The position numbers were made by a program, and so were the translations under genes. A stretch of 63,740 bases of DNA, filler included. It is 5 parts of 5 records of this genome, joined end to end, with 100 filler letters (N's around TTAATTAATTAA, not from the genome) between each part and the next. Parts side by side here need not be neighbours in the genome. Positions count along the whole stretch, not along the records: positions 29,087 to 39,775 come from DRR723986_7182; positions 39,876 to 49,152 come from DRR723986_7187; 3 more parts are not named here. The stretch is one strand, 5' to 3'. This document shows, piece after piece, positions 38,955 to 46,407 of this stretch. Numbering within the stretch: position 1 is the first letter of the stretch; each line of letters opens with the position of its first letter. Under the pieces are notes generated by a model. The model searched no databases. It was given only the letters and a program-made list of their open reading frames with translations, and was not told where the DNA came from.

Positions 38955-39775
38955 TATTTTCCCCGCACGACAGTTGTACCTTTCAGAGGCTTGTGTCTCT
39001 ATAAAAACATGAGGCCGGAGTCGGCAATGGAAACGCGCACTCTAACAGTTAATTAAAGTATGCCGACCCGGCCCCATTTTTTCCACGAACACCTAGAGCA
39101 TAAAGCCAGGTGCAAAGTAGAAGTGTAACACTCCGATCAAAAGTGTTGACATTTTTGGGCAAAACCACCACCAACACCTTAAGTAATCTGGCCGCTCTTC
39201 ATTTTGGGCACAGCGATGTACTCCGCAGCAGAAACTTACCGGGTCAGGCTGGTTTGTTAAACACAGCACGCAACGGCAGGACTACACAGCACGCTCACTG
39301 GCAACTGAATTAACAGCAGCAGGACCGAAGTCTATTACTTGTATGTTGATGGGAATTCGATATGTTAATGTCCTTCAATTCAAGATGAAGCGTACACATT
39401 CATCACATGTGGCTCAAGTAAAAAACTGAGCAACACCGAATGTTTAGCAACATCTCCAGATGTGGTTTTCCATACAGATGCACGGGTTAACACACATTGG
39501 ATGCAGAACAATAAAATCAGAATTGGTATTGAGGGTCGTTAAGCGTCTGCCGGGTTATTTTGCAGTGTTTCACGGTAAAAACTAAAAAGAAACGAGATCT
39601 CAACGGGGGTCATCGGCAGTATAATAAACAAGTTGAATGGCGTTGGCACGCGTGTTGTTTCAAAATCTTTGTGTGACAAACATAAGACCTCCGCGCATAA
39701 CACGCAAATCGTTTTTAGGTCACAAATCCGTCCCCTACTCAAAAAGCATGCAACAATTATCGGCAAAGTGTCACC

Positions 39776-39875
39776 NNNNNNNNNNNNNNNNNNNNNNNNN
39801 NNNNNNNNNNNNNNNNNNNTTAATTAATTAANNNNNNNNNNNNNNNNNNNNNNNNNNNNNNNNNNNNNNNNNNNN
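39776..39875. other. Artificial contig spacer
   Basis: 100-nt N run containing TTAATTAATTAA. Confidence 0.99.
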
Positions 39876-40045
39876 CCTGTTCCGCAGGTACGCGGATTAC
39901 GACCCAATCGTCGGTTTCGGCTTTACAGGAGTTTGAGGCTGAGAGCCTGTTCCGCAGGTGCGCGGATTACGACGCAGTCGCCATAATATATCCTTTCATG
40001 GCAGGTAAGGCTGAGAGCCTGTTCCGCAGCTACGCGGGCACGGAT
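39876..40045 (+). CRISPR. CRISPR array A, trailer end (truncated by the contig edge)
   Basis: Repeat GCTGAGAGCCTGTTCCGCAGGTRCGCGGATTACGAC (36 nt, possibly 37-38) at 39876-39903 (partial), 39938-39973 and degenerate 40010-40045; spacers of 34 and 36 nt; CCGC/GCGG hairpin followed by 8-nt ATTACGAC. Confidence 0.93.
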
Positions 40046-40324
40046 GTGGCGACGTTTGCTGGGCGAGCCCCCTATTCGGCATGCGATCGAAGTACCTTCC
40101 CCCGGACGCAGGCAATGTCGGAACGTCGTTCATACGACGGTGCTACGGGCTTTTCTCAAGGACGCTGGTATGGTCCGAGCCTATATCGCAGCCCCTCGGT
40201 CGAAACCCGTACCGCAGACCGCTCAGGAAGTGATTGATTTTTCGGGTGAGCCGGGTTCTTCTACTCATTATTGCGGTTGAAGACTTTTGCACCCGGTCAA
40301 CGGGCGGGTGGCATGGATGGTGGA

Positions 40325-42142
40325 ATGACGATTTTCGCGGCCTATGTTTTTGAAGCAAAGGGAATTCAATCCTACATTTTGGCGGGCGGAAGGCTTCGCC
40401 ACCTCGTCGGTGGGTCGGAAATCATTGCCCAGTTCTGCCGACCCCCGAGGGAATCGGATCCACAATCGCCATTGCTGGACGGAAGTCTGGAACGCTGCCT
40501 GGAACAGGCTGGCTTGACGATCGCACCTGAAAATTTCGCGCGTCGCACGGGTGGTGTATTCGCCTTCGTGCTGCCGCCGGTGGCCGAGGGGCAAGACGCG
40601 GCGCTCGACCGATTTCAGCTTCTTTGGACGGGCTTTGTGCAAAGGGTCGCTCCCGGGATGGAATTTGTCGACAGCCGTGGAGACGGGGCGACAGCGCTGG
40701 GAGCGCTGCGTGATGCACGTGGAAAACTTGCCGGAAGACGAAGCTTTCCCGCGCACGGTCTTCCCCTGGCATCGCCGCTTGTCAGGCGGGCGGCACGGAC
40801 CGGCAACGCCGCAGCGCCGCGCCGTCAGGACGGCGGGGCCATCGCGGAAGACGACCTGGACGACGCTCTTGTCGTCAAGGAGATGTTCAGCCGAGCGACC
40901 AGCCTTGCGGACAGCATGCTGTCCGCCGAAGCCCTTGCTGCGGAACGCACGGTGAGCGAAGCGGACAGCAGCTGGACGCCGATACAGGCGTCCGACTGGC
41001 CGCGCGACATGGAGGAGGATTTTCCGTTCGCCGGCGAAAGCCGGGCCATCGCCTTGTTCCACGCCGACGGCAACCGCATCGGTGAAATCGGCATCAGGAT
41101 CGCCAACGAGCTCAAGAAGCGCGAGGAGGACGCCAGGTCGAATTCAGGCCTCTCCGGTGTCGCGGCCCTGCGTGCCTTCTCCGAGGCGGCGGACCGGACC
41201 ACGCTGGCGGCTATCCAGGCAGCGTCCCTGGTGTTGCTGGCGGCCAGGGAAGAACAGATAGCCGACAGCGAGGTCTATTCGTGTGCGAAATGCCGGTTCT
41301 TCCCGGCGCGTCCGATCGTGCTGGCCGGAGACGATGTCACCATACTTCTGCGCGCCGATATCGCGCTCGATTTTGCCGAGACGTTCCTGAGGGAGTTCGC
41401 CCGTGCCGCGGAGCGGGAGCTGACACCGGTTCTGGAAGAGGTCCTCTATCGGCAAGGCGGGTCGGGCACGCAGCAAACGGGCGACGTTTACGAAGATTTC
41501 GGCCTGCCGCGCCTCACCGCCTGCGGCGGCCTGGTCTATGCCAGGGCGAACCAGCCCTTCACGCAATTGCACGAACTTTCCGAGGGGCTGTGCAAATACG
41601 CCAAGAAGTGGTCAAAGCACCACGCGCAGGAGCACGGGCAGACGGTCGCCACGTCCCTGGCGTTCTACCGGCTGACGGGCGCTTTCATCTCCGATTTCGA
41701 CAACATTCTCGACCGCGAGCTGACGGTAAGGCTCGCGGAGGAGACCTATTTGCTCTGCCAGCAGCCTTACCTTGTTGAAACCGGTTCTCCAGCGGGCGCG
41801 GCACTTCCGCGAATGCACGATCTCCGCAAGATGGCGGATGCCATCAACTCGGACAATTTTCCGCGCGGGACGGTTCGGGAAATCGCTGCGACCCTGCACA
41901 CCTCCCGGCGTATGGCAGAAGACCGCTTCAAGCGCATGCTGCAGGTGGCAAGAGCAGACAATGCAGAGGCGATAGGCCAATTCACGGCCAGCCTTAACAC
42001 CATCCTTTCGGTCGCGGCCGATGTGCCTTCTCAGGGAAGCAGCGTTGAATCGCAACTCGTGGCGGGCGGCAAGACACCGTTCATTGACGCCGTGTCGCTG
42101 GCACAGGTGCTGCGCAAGTCGGGAGGTGCTGCCCGTGGTTGA
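40325..42142 (+). CDS. cas10: Cas10, type III-D, no HD domain, AGDD palm motif
   Basis: FEAKGIQSYI at the N-terminus; LVGGSEII; HADGNRIG; RPIVLAGDDV; LTACGGLVY...PF; LCKYAK; about 605 aa. Confidence 0.92.
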   Translation: MTIFAAYVFEAKGIQSYILAGGRLRHLVGGSEIIAQFCRPPRESDPQSPLLDGSLERCLEQAGLTIAPENFARRTGGVFAFVLPPVAEGQDAALDRFQLLWTGFVQRVAPGMEFVDSRGDGATALGALRDARGKLAGRRSFPAHGLPLASPLVRRAARTGNAAAPRRQDGGAIAEDDLDDALVVKEMFSRATSLADSMLSAEALAAERTVSEADSSWTPIQASDWPRDMEEDFPFAGESRAIALFHADGNRIGEIGIRIANELKKREEDARSNSGLSGVAALRAFSEAADRTTLAAIQAASLVLLAAREEQIADSEVYSCAKCRFFPARPIVLAGDDVTILLRADIALDFAETFLREFARAAERELTPVLEEVLYRQGGSGTQQTGDVYEDFGLPRLTACGGLVYARANQPFTQLHELSEGLCKYAKKWSKHHAQEHGQTVATSLAFYRLTGAFISDFDNILDRELTVRLAEETYLLCQQPYLVETGSPAGAALPRMHDLRKMADAINSDNFPRGTVREIAATLHTSRRMAEDRFKRMLQVARADNAEAIGQFTASLNTILSVAADVPSQGSSVESQLVAGGKTPFIDAVSLAQVLRKSGGAARG

Positions 42143-42806
42143 TGCGATACGGCTCGACATCACGTTCCTGACCTATTGGATCTGCTCCGCCGGCCGCGGC
42201 GCCGGGCAGGCCTTCGACGCCGTCTGCATCAGGGACAAGGACGGCATCCCCTATGTGCCCGGACGTCATCTGAAAGGCCTGTTGCGAGACGCGGTCAGCC
42301 GGAGCTCCGACTTCGGTGGCGCCTTGAGCGGGCAGCAAGTTGCCGCGCTCCTGTTCGGCGCGCCTCCGGAAGAGAACGAGGTCGAAGGCAGGCTGAGGGA
42401 CTGGATGCCGGAAGGTCGGTATTTCGGATCGCTGGTGAATATCCCGAATGCGGAGCTTTCCTCCGACCGTCGACAGCAGATCACCGACCTCAAGGATCCG
42501 CTCGTAACGGAGGCGGTGCTTTACGAGGGGATCAGTGCCACCGAAATCACTCAGGCGGGAAGCGCGAAGACAGGCAGCCTGAGATCTTACCAGATGGCGG
42601 TGCCCCTGCAGCTCTCCTCGGAGTTGAGCATCGATCCGGACGCGCTGGAGGCATCCCGGCGCACCGGCAGTGCCGACGTTCGTCGCGTCGCGGACGAATG
42701 GGACGGGGTCATCAGGCGATCCCTGCCATTCCTGAGGGCGGCGGGGGGATTGCGAAACCGTGGATACGGGCGCGCGATCTTCTCGTGCGGGGGAGAGACG
42801 CAATGA
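42135..42806 (+). CDS. cas7: Cas7-family RAMP (Csm3-like), single domain
   Basis: GTG start with GGAGG RBS; AFD28, RDKDGIPYVPGRHLKGLLR, LLFG, GSLR, G-loop GGLRNRGYGR. Confidence 0.9.
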   Translation: MVDAIRLDITFLTYWICSAGRGAGQAFDAVCIRDKDGIPYVPGRHLKGLLRDAVSRSSDFGGALSGQQVAALLFGAPPEENEVEGRLRDWMPEGRYFGSLVNIPNAELSSDRRQQITDLKDPLVTEAVLYEGISATEITQAGSAKTGSLRSYQMAVPLQLSSELSIDPDALEASRRTGSADVRRVADEWDGVIRRSLPFLRAAGGLRNRGYGRAIFSCGGETQ

Positions 42807-44338
42807 CCGATCTCCGCACCTGGCTCACTGTGACGCTGGAGGACGACTGCATTTTGTCGACCGGATCGGCCACAGAAGGCGGGCATCAGAGCCTCGACTA
42901 CATACCGGGCAGCGTGTTTCTGGGCGTTGCCGCCGGCAGGCTTTACCGGGAGCAGGAGACTGCGCAGGCAGCGTTTGCGCTCTTTCACAGCGGCAGGCTA
43001 CGCTTCGGCAATGCTTATCCAGTCTCAAAGGGGGGCGCGCTCGGCCTTCCATCTCCTTTGTCCTTCCACTTCAGGAAGCTCCACCAGAAATCCCTGATCA
43101 GGACCGAGGGGCTGCCGTGGCTGACGAATTTCGCGGCTGAAGGTGCATGGGAGGACGCTGCGCAACCGGAACAGTTGCGCGGCGAGTTCATAACCGGCAA
43201 CGGCGATTTTGTCACGCCGCCGCACAAGGCCGTCATGAAGACCGCAATCGATCCGACGACCGGGACAGCGGCAACTGGCAGGCTCTTCGAATATTCCTGC
43301 CTGCCGAAAGGCCAGCGCTTTGCTGCGCCGGTCAGCTGGGATCCGGATATGGAAGACGAGGTGCAGGAAGTCCTTGAAGTCTTCCAGGACAGCATCTTCC
43401 GCGTCGGCCGTTCGCGGCAGGCCGAGTTCGGCCGCGCGCGCTGCAAGGTCCGCGAGCATGTGCCCCTGACCATCGAAGCGGGAGCGCCGCCGGCAGGCAA
43501 CGTCGCCCTGGTCTATCTCGTCTCGGACCTGGCCGTGATGGATGCGCGCGGCTTGCCGGCGCGCGAACCGCAGGCGGTCGATTTCGGGTTTTCGTCCGGC
43601 CGGATCGACTGGCAGGGCAGTTTCGTCCGGCATCGTCGCTATTCGCCGTTCAACAGGGCTCTTCGGACCTACGAGACCGACAGGATCCTGATCGAGAAAG
43701 GCAGCGTCCTGAAATTCGAGGGCGTGGAAACGGTCGGCGGGGATCCCCTCAGATGGGTGGGTTATTTTCAGGAGGCGGGCTGCGGGCTGGTCTGGGTCAA
43801 CCCTCCCTTCCTGTCGCAGCGATCCGTGACCCCGTGGTCCGACTGGACGGTCGCGGAAGATCGGACATCCGATTCAGAGGCCGACGCAGCGCCGCACGCG
43901 GATCTCACACCCTGCGCGGCCATGGCGGGGCTGATCCGTTTGAGAGGTCAGGCCTCGCAGGACGCGCTCTACCAGAAAGCGCAGAAGGTCACCGCCGGAT
44001 TGCCGCAAGCCTACCTCACGGCAGCGGTCATAGCGCGCGGAAGCGAGGTCTGGAAGGTCGGGCCGCGCACCAGCCAATGGGCGCAACTGCTGACTCTGGC
44101 GGACGACGCCGGCGCGCGGACCGTCTCGCTCGACGCGATCTGGGACGTGATCCGCACCGGTTCCGGGTCCGAAGACGACGATGTCTCGTGGGATCTGGAA
44201 ATCGAAGCCAACAGCGACAGGACCTTTGGCTCCTGGTTGATCGATGCCGTGGAGGCCGACAAGTGGCGCGACCGGCAGATGTTCAGGGCGATCATTTCAA
44301 TCTGCATGGATGTGGCGAGGGCTAGACATGACCAGTGA
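42803..44338 (+). CDS. csx10: Cas5 (Csx10-like) with a fused C-terminal Cas11-like helical domain
   Basis: SLDYIPGSVFLG, LRFGNAYP, TAIDPTTG, GRSRQAEFGR, IEKGSV, GYFQEAGCG; then about 140-aa helical tail with PRTSQW. Confidence 0.8.
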   Translation: MTDLRTWLTVTLEDDCILSTGSATEGGHQSLDYIPGSVFLGVAAGRLYREQETAQAAFALFHSGRLRFGNAYPVSKGGALGLPSPLSFHFRKLHQKSLIRTEGLPWLTNFAAEGAWEDAAQPEQLRGEFITGNGDFVTPPHKAVMKTAIDPTTGTAATGRLFEYSCLPKGQRFAAPVSWDPDMEDEVQEVLEVFQDSIFRVGRSRQAEFGRARCKVREHVPLTIEAGAPPAGNVALVYLVSDLAVMDARGLPAREPQAVDFGFSSGRIDWQGSFVRHRRYSPFNRALRTYETDRILIEKGSVLKFEGVETVGGDPLRWVGYFQEAGCGLVWVNPPFLSQRSVTPWSDWTVAEDRTSDSEADAAPHADLTPCAAMAGLIRLRGQASQDALYQKAQKVTAGLPQAYLTAAVIARGSEVWKVGPRTSQWAQLLTLADDAGARTVSLDAIWDVIRTGSGSEDDDVSWDLEIEANSDRTFGSWLIDAVEADKWRDRQMFRAIISICMDVARARHDQ

Positions 44339-45806
44339 CCGCTTGAGCCGCTCCCATTTGCGCATCGCGCATGTCACCGTGGAATGCACGACGGGATTGA
44401 GCGTCGGCTCCGGAGTGCCCGGATTGGGCGAGGATGCGCCAATCCTACGCGATGCCTGGGGCCTTCCATTCATTCCAGGAACATCGATCTCGGGCGCGTT
44501 GCGCGCTCATGTCTTGAAGGCCAGAGGTCGCGACTTGGCGGCTCTGCTGTTCGGAACCAGACCGATGGCTGACATGAACAGCCTGAGCTCCCGGGTGGAG
44601 ATTTCGCATGGCTATGTGAACGACAGCCGGGGAAGGCCGTTCACGGGAACTTGGACGGATGCCGGCAGCACGGCGCTTGAAGATCCGCTGATCGTTTTCC
44701 TGTCCCCGTCCGGCGAAGGCGGCGCGCTCAAGCGACAGCGCGTTCGCGTTTCCGACCGCGGCGTTTCGGATGGCGAAAACCGCGGCCTGTTCGATCGGAC
44801 GATCGTGCCCCGCGGTGCGCGCTTCACATTCGAACTCGCCCTCTGGGCGGAGGCCGACGACCCGGACGCAGAAGGCCACTTCCTGGACCTTTTGACCGTC
44901 CTGCGACACCCGGCCTTCCGGCTCGGCGCGGGCACGCGTTCGGGGCTCGGCGGCTTGAAGGTCGTGCATGTCCGCAGCCAGGAGCGTGACGTGGCTACGC
45001 AGGAGCTGGACGCCGAGGCGGCACGGGAGGCCCAGCTGTTCGCGACGGACGCATGGCCGGAAGTCGAGACAGCATTTCCCGCAAGGCGTGACGATGCGAT
45101 CGATGTGATTGAATTCGAGCTTGAGGCCGCAGACCTCTGGCGTATCGGCAACGCCAGGACACCGGTGCCGCACGAGGCCGACAGCGATCGCAACAACGCG
45201 GACTTGGCCCCGTTCCGGGAACCTGTCGTTCTGTGGCCCGAGGACGGTACAGCCGCGACTTTCGAAGATGCCATCCTGATCCCCGGCTCGAGCCTGAAAG
45301 GCGCCCTGAGGCACCGCTCGCTCTTCCACTACAACAGGCTCTCCGGCCGGTTTCTCAAGACGCAGCGCACCGCGGGGTCTACCGAAACGTCTGGTCGGGA
45401 AGCCTTTCTGCATCCCAAAGAGCTCAGCCGTCTGTTCGGCGAGATCTCGAGTGCAACAGGCGGCCGGCGCGGTCGCGTCATGATCGACGACATTCTACTT
45501 AGCATCGACGAAGCGGACGGTTTCCATACCCAGACACACAATTCCATCGACCGCTTCACGGGCGGAGTGAGGCGGGGTTTCCTTTTTGCCGAGCAGCAAG
45601 TCTGGAGGTCGCGCCTCGAGGTCCGCATCGTTCTGGACCTTTCCGGCAGTGGCGATGAGGCGATCGACCCCATGGCGAAGGAAGCCTTGGGCCGTGCCGT
45701 TGCGGATCTGAAACAGGGCCGCTTGCCGATCGGCGCGGCCGGATCGCGAGGGCACGGGCGTATGCATGAGAACGTCCAGGCGGCAACGGAAAGTGCGCCG
45801 GCATGA
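44328..45806 (+). CDS. cas7: Cas7-Cas7 double RAMP fusion
   Basis: Two RAMP sets: GED36..GLPFIPGTSISGALR..LGAGTRSGLG and NADLAP..IPGSSLKGALR..HNSIDRFTGG..IGAAGSRGHG. Confidence 0.9.
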   Translation: MTSDRLSRSHLRIAHVTVECTTGLSVGSGVPGLGEDAPILRDAWGLPFIPGTSISGALRAHVLKARGRDLAALLFGTRPMADMNSLSSRVEISHGYVNDSRGRPFTGTWTDAGSTALEDPLIVFLSPSGEGGALKRQRVRVSDRGVSDGENRGLFDRTIVPRGARFTFELALWAEADDPDAEGHFLDLLTVLRHPAFRLGAGTRSGLGGLKVVHVRSQERDVATQELDAEAAREAQLFATDAWPEVETAFPARRDDAIDVIEFELEAADLWRIGNARTPVPHEADSDRNNADLAPFREPVVLWPEDGTAATFEDAILIPGSSLKGALRHRSLFHYNRLSGRFLKTQRTAGSTETSGREAFLHPKELSRLFGEISSATGGRRGRVMIDDILLSIDEADGFHTQTHNSIDRFTGGVRRGFLFAEQQVWRSRLEVRIVLDLSGSGDEAIDPMAKEALGRAVADLKQGRLPIGAAGSRGHGRMHENVQAATESAPA

Positions 45807-46381
45807 GCGAAGCACCCTGGGCCAAAGGCGCGGCAGCGCTCGCAGATCCACTTTCACAGCTGACCGAGGGGCTGGGCCTGCCTGCACTTTCCTCTGTCGA
45901 CACCCTCGCGGTAGCAAGTGGAGTGTTGGCCGATCAGGATGAGGTGAAGCGCCTGCTCCGTGACCATCTCTGGCAGGGCTGGGTGACCAGGCTGCATCCC
46001 GCGGGATCTGAGATCCTCCACGCGGAGGCAGACGCCGTCCTACCGGACGTGCAAGGCATGGTGGGGGCGGGGGAGTTTCTGGACAATTCCGGCGCGAGCT
46101 GGCGATTGCGACCGCTGCGAGACGGCGCGCTCCGCTGGTGGCGTTATCGGCCTGGCTCCGACACGGGCGAGTTTGCTGGCCTGCAACCGGACGAAACCGG
46201 TCGCCTTGAGGATCTGCTGGTTGAATGTCGGCGATACCAGGCCGTCCGGGAGCCGTTGCATTCCGTCTGCTACGACGTCTACTGGTCGGCAACGCAGGAC
46301 TTCGGGCTGCGGCCGATGCTATCCCTGTTCGCCGGCTTCGAGGCCGGTACGGACCGGGAGCAACCGGTCTCGCGAACCTGA
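45803..46381 (+). CDS. csx19: Csx19-like subunit
   Basis: 192 aa; position between Cas7-Cas7 and Cas7-insertion; YDVYW and C-terminal LFAGF pattern. Confidence 0.7.
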   Translation: MSEAPWAKGAAALADPLSQLTEGLGLPALSSVDTLAVASGVLADQDEVKRLLRDHLWQGWVTRLHPAGSEILHAEADAVLPDVQGMVGAGEFLDNSGASWRLRPLRDGALRWWRYRPGSDTGEFAGLQPDETGRLEDLLVECRRYQAVREPLHSVCYDVYWSATQDFGLRPMLSLFAGFEAGTDREQPVSRT

Positions 46382-46407
46382 GGTCGGCCGAGAGAAGGAG
46401 TGCCGAG

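Noticed and set aside
38955-39775. 820-nt gene-free stretch as possible ncRNA or pseudogene
   Set aside because: No tRNA, repeat or strong structure seen; the best frame has several stops and no family resemblance
39998-40280. Short ORFs (78-79 aa) upstream of cas10 as possible effector or anti-CRISPR genes
   Set aside because: One runs through a spacer and repeat; neither has recognisable motifs or a clear RBS
42176-42802. 209-aa N-terminal extension of the 720-aa ORF
   Set aside because: Arg/Gly-rich shadow translation overlapping cas7; the RAMP sequence starts at ATG 42803, which has an RBS and ATGA coupling
44445-45413. Long antisense ORFs across the cas genes and other GC-rich genes
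   Set aside because: Expected shadow ORFs of high-GC coding sequence; no motifs
46225-46407. N-terminal extension of the 839-aa ORF
   Set aside because: Overlaps csx19; the family motif APYNFVPL normally lies at the N-terminus, and TTG 46408 has a good RBS
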